A stretch of 63,705 nt of DNA, filler included, from Licmophora abbreviata (taxonomy: Eukaryota), in NCBI GenBank assembly GCA_900291995.1. It is 11 parts of 11 records of this genome, joined end to end, with 100 filler letters (N's around TTAATTAATTAA, not from the genome) between each part and the next. Parts side by side here need not be neighbours in the genome. Positions count along the whole stretch, not along the records: positions 16,083 to 26,240 come from OLMU01002360.1; positions 26,341 to 36,026 come from OLMU01002361.1; 9 more parts are not named here. One strand, written 5' to 3'. Under the pieces are notes generated by a model. That model saw nothing but the letters and a program-made list of their open reading frames with translations, was not told the DNA's origin and did not search any database. A program made the position numbers and the translations under genes. Positions 22,201-32,487 of the stretch are shown here, in pieces (positions within the stretch are counted from its first letter, which is position 1; each line of letters starts with the position of its first letter).

Positions 22201-25200
22201 TCTTTTGTTGAGGAGCGCAAGTTGCTCCATGGTAGCATCCAGCAGCCGCGCCGACTCATCAGAGCCTCCGTTATCATCGTTTTCAGGAGCGAGTAATCGT
22301 ACAACATCTTCAACTCTTTCCCGCTTGGCGTCGACAAGAAGGATCCTGCCGGTCACCTTGGAAGTCCCCCTGCACGTTACGACACTGATCGCCTCATCTG
22401 ACTTCCGCTTCATGGAAGCCATGACGTCTTTCGAGGGAAGGATGCATTCGAAACCCTTTGTACGAAGCGTAAATATCACCTGCCTGGTTCCGAAAGGAAA
22501 TGTCAGGTTGTCACTCTTTGCCGTTGGTTTCAATCTCGTGACAGAAGCAGACGATATCGCACGCTGGAAGGATAAGATAGATTCCAGAAGAGATGGGAGC
22601 ACAATGAATTGAATATGATCCCACTGCAGCCCCACACTCAATGTCGTGATCGCGGTTGCTGCCTCTTGGACAGCGATATGTAGCTGTACAAAATGACCTT
22701 TTTCAACGGGTGAGCCATTGGGTGCCTCGGAGTCCGAAGAAAGTTCTCTCCCTACAACTCGAACACCTGGAAGAGCTGACAGGTCATCCACCGACACATC
22801 GCCGATGATCAGAGAAGCGCTCGGGCCTAGCGTGTCGTGGTGTAAACTCAGTGCGATATCAACTAGCACACAAGACGCCAGCGAGTTCGACAATGATGTG
22901 TTTGCCGATCGCCCACCTTCGCGCAACAATCGAATTTCAAGGACTTCCAACGAAAACACCGCAACCATGTTGTGAGGGTGACGGTGTGATTGTTCCTCCG
23001 TACCGGCAACTTCAGCCAGCTCGCTCTCGGTATGCTTCAACAGAAGCGCGGTGCATGTTTCACGTATCAAGCAGCAAATTTCGGCAGTGAGATTGAAATG
23101 AACCGGCGAAACCGACACGAATGATCTGATGGGGTCTGTCGTGCTGGCTTTTGCCGTAGTGGATCTGCGATTGTAAGCGGAGGGGAGCGAGCTCCAGCTG
23201 AAGTCGACGGGTACAACTAAATTGGTAGCACCATCTGACACACTGAGCTTCTCTATAGGGAGGCTCGCTTCACTCTTGACAGTCACACGCTCAAGGACGG
23301 GCCAATCGTCTACCGATCGAAGCAGAGACAGGTCCGAGATCCCCGCATGAATTGCGATAAGATCTTCACCGGCTTGCTCTTCAGCGCACAAGTGAAACGA
23401 AACTGGCAACACCAAGCTACCCCCAAAGGTTTCCGGAAGTGGCAAAGACAGTTTCGTATCAACCTGCCTTGGAAAGACGATTGAATTTTTTTTGGACAAA
23501 ATATCGATCCTCCAGCGAAGTGGAGGCATTGGGTGGGCTTGGAAACCGTCTGCCGTAGAGTCTGAAATAGGTCTTTGGCTACATTCGGCCTGCTGAGCTT
23601 TGCTGCCTTTTTTGCCTGAACCTGTCTCATGGCTAACTCTCAGTGCATTCCGTATCTGCTTGGTAAATATGATGATATTCGTCATGCTTGTGGTCGACGC
23701 GGCAAGGTACGCTGAATTTGAGCGAACGCCGACGTGAAAGTTCCAGGCCTTCTTGTCATCTTCAATGTTTTCAGTGGACTCGTTCCTGTCACCCTCGACT
23801 ACCCAGCCACCAAGCTGAGACGCAGGGACAAGCTGAGTCCTCATTCGAATATTGAGGAGAGGCTGATACGGGTCTCGACGTCCCAATAGTTCAATAGCTG
23901 CTGAGTGCACGTGCTACGAAGGGAAAATGTGGGTGAATGGAAAAAAGACGCCCGTCTACTGCCGGTTCAGTCTTCATGAGAGTAGCTTACCTCGTTTGTC
24001 TCTAGCAACTGAACGTTTCCGCACTTGATATCCAGCTGGCTCCGATCCCTGTAAATACTGCCTGCCAGCGCACGTGTGCAACGCACACTGATCTCTGAAA
24101 CGGCAACGGCTCCAAACATTTTACCAGATTGCTCAAGTCTAGCTCGGGCCGCCGTCCAGTGAATTGACACATCGAGATACTGAGAGGATGAATTGTCACT
24201 AGACGCCTCGAGATTCAACGAGTTGCCCGAAGTTAGAGCTCCACACAACTTGGAAACATTGGATGCCCCTGACTCGTCAGACTTGACTAAGGAGTCCACG
24301 CGAGAAGAGCCAGTTTGAAACTTCTGGGCAGAGTCAGTAATTGTCGATATTGCCGCAATGTCAGGGCATACTTCCATATCACCAAGCAAGACTCTAAGTT
24401 GCGTCAGACGACTTCCTCGGCGACGTCCACCGGGAAAATGCTTCCTTTCTTGAATATTGAGGGCAAGCCGGATTAGTCTCGTGCCCGTGATCGACGACGT
24501 GATATATTGGGGGTACAACGAAGAAAGCAAATCCACGTTCAAGTCATCGTGAGTCCCACCAAAAAAAAGAAAAATCTTTTCGTGTGGTCGATCCAATGTG
24601 TTCTCCTGGAATGAGACACTCGCATGGTCGAGACTCGCAAACAACCTGGACTCATCGGTGCGTTTTTGAAACGCGAAGGTCGATTTCTTTACACACAGAT
24701 CGAGGATCGTCGTGGTGCCTTCTTCGACCTGTTCTCTACCTATATCCTTCACCTTTATCGTAACTTTAGGAAAAACCAACGTCACGTGATAAAGCTCGCG
24801 ATTCAGACCACTTGTCAGGCTATGCTGGAAAGCTTCATCCCTGACTTCTTGTTTACAACGATGCCGTCGAGCTTTAAGGAGAGACATTGCCCGCGACGTT
24901 CGCCTTCTGGAATCGAAACCCATACGATTCTGCTCGAGGCATCCAGGATCCACCGTGATTCTTTGGTCATCTAGCGATGGTAGATCTTGAGCATCACCGT
25001 CCAGTTGCTCGTCGTAGCGCAGCTCTCGCGCAGTCGACAGCTCCTCAGTTATCTCCTGATGGCTTGCCTGCAAGGCGCGCAGCTCTGCCATCGATCGATC
25101 GAGTTCAAGAGTCATTGCTCTTTTTGCAACTCTTCTGGTCATAGCTTCAGAAGGATCAGACGCATAAGGATTTAACCTTTCGTTCAAAGATGCTATCTTG

Positions 25201-28200
25201 CCATTCTGTACTGCGATATCCTGTTCCAAACGAGCAATATCATTTTTGAGCGAGTCTGCGACTTTGGCTTGGCCACCAAGAGACAGCGCGGAACAAAACG
25301 AATCAATCGATTCTCCGCTTTCACTACTCCCGAGCGAATTATCTTCGTCACGTTGCTCCTCCAGTCTAGCGAGATTCTCCGCGCTCAGATACTCGCCGCT
25401 GACCCACCGTTGCCTTCTATGCGACCTCTCCGATATCGAGGAAACATCTGAAACCCAGCTCGGCCTGCGATATCGTCTCGTCGGGTGAACGGAACGAGCA
25501 TCGCTTCCTAGCACACTTTCTGTGCCTGTGATCCAACTGTCTTCGAACCACGAAATAGATGCCTCCTCATTCGCTGCCTCCTCATTCGCAGTTTCAAGAG
25601 CGTCAATGAATTCGTCTTCATCGAGAAAACTCGAAACCTCTGAAACAGAATCACACCGCGAGTCGCGATAAACAGGCTGGAGCAATACGGGTGCAACCAG
25701 TATTCTCTTTGCAGCAGAACGAGATCGAGGACGCCGATATATAGGTTTGGCCGAGAGAGTCCCGTTCCACCGGCGCATTATCTGACCGATCTCGAAGGCT
25801 TCTGATTCGCTCAACACAAAATCAACGTTTTCGACAATACAATGTGCTCGTATCCGGCTCAGAGTGTGATCCGCGGGAAGGACTGACTTGTCGATAAGAA
25901 CTTGCACGTTGAGGCTTTCCAAAATACGAATTTCTGATTTGTCATTTCTGTTCACAAGACGAACAGCTATGCCCCAGAGCCGAAGCTGAAAAGTGTCATA
26001 AAAAGACGATTGAACCTGATCGACCTCAAAATGAAGCTGACTGTCATCCACTCCTTTTGTAAACGGAAGGGGGAAAGTATTGGCACCGGATGAGGTGCGT
26101 GCCGAACGGATGCTTCCGTTCGTGAATCCGTCACCGTCGATGGTAGCGGCACTCCCGAAAGACCAACGCTCCATCCTTGTAGCTGAAGTCGTTACCTGGG
26201 CCATAGACATCGTCATAGTAGAGGAGTCAGCGCTGACTGGNNNNNNNNNNNNNNNNNNNNNNNNNNNNNNNNNNNNNNNNNNNNTTAATTAATTAANNNN
26301 NNNNNNNNNNNNNNNNNNNNNNNNNNNNNNNNNNNNNNNNCCATCTCCATTCTTTGCTGTCATTGTGGAAAAGTTCAGCTTCCCTGTCGCCACCCCGGCG
26401 AGCCGTTCAGTCGTAAAATGTGCCCGACCAAGATCAATCAAGAGAGAGGACCCACCAAGATCTCCCATCCGAAGGATAGGACACTTAACTTGAACACTGA
26501 CATCCACATTTCTGTGTTTGAACACAGCAGCATCTACTTTCAAAAGAAGACCAGCGCCTGGGGAGCTCATTGAGTTGACTTGGGCCATACCGATGTCCTC
26601 CCAGAATGATGCCACACTCTGAGACGATGGGAGAGCCTGTAGAATCTTTTTCAATTTGAGCGGCCATTCGCATGCAGGCAAAAGATGGACTTCAACCAGC
26701 TCGACACAGGCCGTGACACCAAGATCGCATTCTTGACTTTTTGGAGGCTTTCGACTTATGTCAAGGTACACGAGGGAGTTCTCTTCGCCCCCCGCATACT
26801 TTCCACGTCGAGGGCTTTCCACAGTAGATATCGCGGCGTCACCCACCGGTGGCTCTTTGCTCTCTTTATGCATCGCTGGACGAGTTATGAACATGTACTC
26901 CTGCATGTCAGCCCGTATCTCCGTGCCAAAAAAACTGTCCAGAGAGATCTGCAATCGAAATGAATCGTAGTTCGCTCGAAGAAAGTACCCAACATGAAAC
27001 GAGTGAGCAGTCAGCTGAAGAAAGCGCTGCTGGATTCGCCGATGCTGATCCAAATCTTCCGTCGATGGCAAGGGTGTGTAAAACGTGATGGATCCGTCCT
27101 CAAGAAAAGTCTGGATAGATACCGCGACCAACGAGCTAGATGAATTCTGGATCAACGTCTCGTTTGCAGCTGAAGCATCTTCAAGGTACGCCATGAGACG
27201 CTCATACTCTTCTTCTGATTCCATGTCCTCGTTCATCACGGACCGCATCATGCGTCGTAGTCTCGATGGCTTTGTGCTGTTTTCTTGTGCCTTCATCCCC
27301 GCGATTCGGGCGTTCACCAACGCTCGAAACAACACAATGTCATTTACAGCGAGGTCGCCACGGATTCCGTCTTCCATCTCTCTCAACTCATTCTCTTCAT
27401 CCTGACTCAGAGGTAGGCTTTGATTTAACCCATGAGACGAGTTGACAGAGGGTCCAGCTCCATCGTCAGCTGTCAAAGACTCGAGATCCAGCTCTGATAT
27501 CGAATTTTGACTAGCTGCAGAGTCGATGGATGCACTCTGCGCGACGCGGGAAGACCGCCGACTGCTCTGAGCCACGCTCATCGAGGTGTTCCGCCATTGC
27601 CTCTCGTATAACTCGCAATATCTCCGCCTCAGACGATAACGCAGATGACAGCGACGCCAGGACCACCGCATGTTGCCCTCTCGAAGTTCCATTCGTATGA
27701 TGGTAATCAGATATGACCACCATGCCTTGGGATCTTCCTTGGCCGACAGCAAGGGCCGGTACTTGCGATATTCTCGGGTTGACTTGTGTTCTTTGAAAGC
27801 ATCTACCAACGTCATTATCTGAGCGCACTGAAAGTCTCGAACTTGTAGCGATACAGTGTCCAGGTGCAAGGATGCAACCAACGCAGGGCGTTGTTCTAGA
27901 TTCTTGGGAGTCGTCGAGAGAGTCACGTGACAAGCCGCATCTAGTGGAAGAAGAAGATAGCTGTGTAACGGAATATGCGCCGGTCGCGATCGTGCAGGAG
28001 AAGACAAAGAACTGTCCACTCGTCGCGCTATACATCGGTCGAGCGCCTGAGTAAGGGTCTGGGTTGACAACAAAGCTGTGTGATGTAGAATCGACACTTC
28101 CGGCTGTAGACCCTCACCATAGTCCAGTGGGTTCCAGTACACTCCTAGATGATTCACTTGCGCTACCTTTCGAATGACCCCAGATGAGTCCTTCTCCAGT

Positions 28201-28950
28201 GCTGTCGGACTGTCGCCATGTCGAGATGAACGGGTGTCGTTGTTGTTCATCATCATGCCATCATCGTCAGCCTGAATGTGCAAACTCTCCAACGTAACTG
28301 CCACACGCAAACGGATTCGAAGGATCTGAGTCGACATCTTCCAACCTCACATGTACATCTCGCAAATGAAGATGCAACTTTTCAGTGACATCCTTCAAGA
28401 GTCCTTCCGCGAGTCGTTTCTGCAAGAATCCGGATAGTCCCGATGATGATGATTCTGGTGCATCCTTGCCCACAAAGAGCTCCGAATCTAACAGCTTTTG
28501 CCTCCGCTCCAAAATAGCAGCTTCTCGGAGCGCTGCGTCGTCAAATTCATAGTTGGTTTTCAACAAGGCATGCACCCCATCCACAACCACAACGACGACA
28601 GCCCCATCATCTCCACTCGTACCACTACCGCCCAGGCCCAGCTTAGCCCATGGCACTGTCAATTCCACACGCCCCAGTGTACACTGTAGTAGTTCAAATG
28701 GAATACCCTTGCGCTTCCATGCTTCATTCACCACATCGACCCTGACTTCGAGATTTTCCAACGAGACAAAGCCACTCCACACCCCCAATTGCGTCTTGCT
28801 ACTGCTGCTCGAGGAGGATTTTTTCTTTTTTTTCTTGGGAGACGGTGGTGGTGTTCCATCCTGCTGTTCGAGATCTTCCTCAAATGTTGCTGAAACAAAG
28901 TATTTGGACAAGAGTCGACTGAGAAACTTCCCAGCAAGGCGTTCAAACAT
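16205..28950 (-). CDS. VPS13: VPS13-family lipid transfer protein (about 4,100 aa), spanning a gap, two introns and two apparent frameshifts
   Basis: Chorein-N start MFERLAGKFLSRLLSKYF...LGVWSGFVSLENL...VPW; KEDPKAWW; SYHNRRLVEWEPFVEPW; VAB/SHR-BD-like PPFRLENHT...YAWDEP; GVGISVVDWSPQELVY...DNQL; C-terminal RTRNPRLF. Introns 23914..23990 and 20761..20835. Frameshifts near 28300 and 19710. Confidence 0.9.
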
Positions 28951-29463
28951 GGCGACGAAAGATCTGCGCGCTCAAAAGCAGTATGCTACTGTTGGAACGA
29001 TTTTTGCTCCCAGACGAATCTTCTTGGCCGATTCGAGTCCCAAATTACATTAGTAGGGTATTGACGGTTCAAATCGCACCAAGGAAAGCAGCAATCGACT
29101 CAAAGAACGCGTCAGAAACAACGCCGTTCGATAGGCCATGTATACGATGCAAATCTGAAATCTTTGACATGAACAATGAAGTTGATGCATGCGACCAGTC
29201 CTGATGAATGAGAATCTTGAAACTGAAGATTCCCGACTCCTTTTGTTTGGACCTGCCTGGCCGTCGGTCGGTGTTCTCGCTCGAACAAGCGACAGACGTA
29301 CACGCGTCAGTCAACCATGCACCGCAAAACTGCAAAACTGGCCATCACGGAGTCCAAACCGAAACGAACCGACACCCATCATCACATTGTCTTTCGTTGA
29401 TGCTGAACTGCAAGCGCGGTGTTCTTCTTATATTATTGTGTTGGCTCTATCCTTGGCATAACC

Positions 29464-30252
29464 ATGAAACTGCTGTTCCTTCTTTCATCGCCAGTACTAC
29501 TGAGCTCGTCAGCAATGGCTTTTGTTTCGTCGAAAAACACGGCCGCCTTTGTCACGCCTCACCATCACATGTCTCCTTCGGACACTGCGCTTCGCTCCAC
29601 GTTGACGTCGGGTGTCATCAAGGGAGAGGACGAGAATGCAGCTCCGTACGATGATGGGCTTGGTGGTGTACGCTTGGCGCAGGAGAATGCAGTAAAGGTG
29701 GTGGGGAGTATCAAGCACAAGCCAGGCAAGGCGACACCTGTCTTGTCCGATCTCGTGAGGTACTCCCAACTACGACCCGTCGACGAATCAACCATGACGA
29801 AAGCCATGAAAGAGGGACAAGCCAAGTTAGTATGCAGTGGACAAGGAACAGAGAACTATAAGGATCCCGGCGAGACAGCAGTGGCAGAGATCATTCTTGC
29901 ACCCATGGCGGCCGTTAGAGATGCCTTGATTTCTGCAGGATCCGTTAAGGACTCTAGCAAGATTGTACTGAACGTCTTGGGAGGTGATGATATGCAGCTG
30001 TTGGAGGTGACGGATGCCTTGGTGGAAATGGTCTTGGACTTAGATTGCAATACAAAGGCGGACATCGAATTCAATAGCGTGTCGCACAATTCATTTCCGG
30101 ACTTGGCCGCCACCATCACCGTCATGGCAGTGGACGGAACAAGTGGAGAGTCGACGGGAGTAGAAAAGAGCGTGGCTGGCGGGGAAGTATATCTCCACGA
30201 CGGCAAGTATCTCACCACGGTGGAAGAGGATATCAATGGCGATGTGGCATAA
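29464..30252 (+). CDS. Plastid-targeted protein resembling the FtsZ C-terminal (2-layer sandwich) domain without a GTPase domain
   Basis: Signal peptide MKLLFLLSSPVLLSSSAMA-FVS (ASAF-like). The mature region KPGKATPVLSDL...KIVLNVLGGDDMQLLEV...ADIEF...ITVMA parallels FtsZ xPGLINLDFADV...GVLVNITGGxDLxLxEV...ANIIFG...VTVIAT. Confidence 0.7.
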   Translation: MKLLFLLSSPVLLSSSAMAFVSSKNTAAFVTPHHHMSPSDTALRSTLTSGVIKGEDENAAPYDDGLGGVRLAQENAVKVVGSIKHKPGKATPVLSDLVRYSQLRPVDESTMTKAMKEGQAKLVCSGQGTENYKDPGETAVAEIILAPMAAVRDALISAGSVKDSSKIVLNVLGGDDMQLLEVTDALVEMVLDLDCNTKADIEFNSVSHNSFPDLAATITVMAVDGTSGESTGVEKSVAGGEVYLHDGKYLTTVEEDINGDVA

Positions 30253-30355
30253 GACAGTTCCTGGTAGTATCATATCGCAGGTGTGGCATAAGACAGTAGT
30301 ATCGCAGATGGGATCGTAAGTGCTGTAGTCTATGATAAAAAGTAAATTAATTACT

Positions 30356-31998
30356 CTATTTGGACGGCTGCTGTAGTATCTGTAGCGGTTTTTGCTGCGT
30401 CGCGGACATGGTGCGTGTAGTTTCTGGTGACACGGACTGAGGCTCGAAAGTCAAGTCATTTCGAGAGGGCACAGCGTTGGCGACTGCGGGCTGTGAGTTC
30501 GCAGTCGAGGGATGAGACGTCGACAGTACTTTGGGAGTTGTCTTCTTGCGGCGCATTGAGGGCGACCGAACAGGCGTCGTCTGTGAGGGAGCAGTCTTTT
30601 TCATTGGTGTCATTTCTTTAGGATCAACAGGTACCGGCGCTTTCTTGGCAGGTTGGACAGAGGCAGGTCGTGCTGGGGCACCTTTGTCAGACTTGTCTTT
30701 CGGTAGGCCAGATTCGCCTCCAGAAGAGTCTGGCAGTGTCGTTGCGGACGTCATAGGGTAGGTTTGTTTCCCAGCTAGGTTCGGGTTACCATGACCGTTC
30801 AACACAGGCTCTGTCCCGGTCGTCACGGTTGCTGAGCTACCCGGCTGGGGGTCGGGCTTCTGAACATCAACTTCCATCGGCTCTGCAACTGATACGGTAT
30901 TCATTCCCCCTTCACCTCCTTTTTCTTCGCGTGGTCGTTGATCCAAAGACTCTCCCGCCTGGTGTCTCCGTCGTAGCTCCCGAAATGCGTCACCGTCATG
31001 GTACCCCATCTTAGTCTTTGGGTCCAGATATCGAGCAGGTCTTCCCGAAATAACACACGTTGACCTCTTCACAGCTTTCGGCCTTTTCGGGACTGCCTGC
31101 CTAGCTAGAATATCAGGAAGATGGTCCATATCGGAGAATGTAAGAGTGTTTGGACATCCCCGTCTTGAATGAAACCTGTAAATGACCTTTCCCCGAACGC
31201 CTCTTTCCATCTTTTGAGAATCGCTTGCCAGTTCCTCAACACGCTTTCTCCCGAGCAGCCATCGCTGATTTTCAGGTTCCGTCTCTGTTGCAGACTCGAG
31301 CAGCAACTCTTCTTGCGTAAAGCGACGTCGCTTCTTTTTGGAGGAGCACTAGTGGATGATGAGACTGTGGTTGCCGACTTGCGGAGCGTCTCGGCCTGTC
31401 TTGTCTTGCTGTGCGTCGCCGCACGCAGATTCCGTCCCACCGACATGTGGTTCAGACGACCCGACTTTCGAACTAACGAAGCTTGTGAAGTCACTTTCGC
31501 AGCATCCGCTGGTAAGGTAATGTTGGATTGTGCCGCCGAGACGGCAGGTAGCGGCAACCGTGCAACCGGCGGAGGAGCACCCACGTTTTGAGGAAAGTTC
31601 AGGACCAGCCCCGCGTTGACGCCGTCTCCCATGATACGTTTCTTCCCCTTTCCCTTTTTCTTTCTCATCAGGTCTCGTCCAGCCTTGGCAATATCGAACT
31701 TTTGTTTCCGCTTCGCCGTGCGCTCTTCCCGTCGCAGCTGCAGCTCCTCGTCCTTGCCAGCGGCTTCCTCCTCCTCATCATTATCACTTTCACTCTCATC
31801 AAAGTCGGAATCAAACTGATCGACACGGGCCTCCGAGTCTTCGTCCGACTCACGAAAGGATTCGTTGCCAGACTGGTCGTCGTCGTCCCAGGTATCATGC
31901 CCCCAAAACGCCTCATCGTCGTCCAGCGCCTTTCCCACCAGATTGGACATGCGGTGGCCCGCTGTCGAGCGGCGCTGCCGTTCAGATGCTGCTGACAT
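30356..31998 (-). CDS. VPS72: Vps72/YL1 (SWR1 complex H2A.Z chaperone), with an apparent frameshift in an A-run near 31337
   Basis: N-terminal ERQRRSTAGHRMSNL and acidic DQFDSDF; after the shift RFTQEELLLE...TEPEN; YL1_C motif CVISGRPARYLDPKTKMGY. Confidence 0.9.
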
Positions 31999-32487
31999 CG
32001 TTTTGCAATCTTCTACTTCCCCCCAGGCTCTCTCACTCTGTCACACAAGGGAAACAGCAGTATAGACGTAAGTCAGGAGCAAGAAGTCGACAAAGTGCGG
32101 GCTCATCCGCCATCGCCTTCTTGGCCTTGTTGTCACGCCGCTCGCCGCTCACTGATCACCTGCTTCTCTCTCACTTTCGTCCTCGCGTTGTCGGATGGCG
32201 TACAGATAACTCAGCAGCACACAGTACAAAATCAACGTAGAACAGGTGGACACCAGACAGACGCCTCATTTTTTCTACTCAACTAGCGCCACGTTTTCGG
32301 AGTTCAACGCCCTATGTACCAGGTAGGACAGTCCCCATGGCATGGCGAGAAAGTCCAAACAAATCTTAACTTACACAACCATTATATAACATGCATTTTA
32401 CAATCATGATGCAAAGCGTGAGTTATCAGAATGCCTCACGTGCTGGAAGGCCTATGCTCCTACCACCAGGTACTTGCACTCACGCAT

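Noticed and set aside
31320..31345. Programmed ribosomal frameshifting in VPS72, panC or VPS13
   Set aside because: The shifts go in both directions, share no slippery or stop motif, and mostly sit in A-runs, so sequencing error is more parsimonious.
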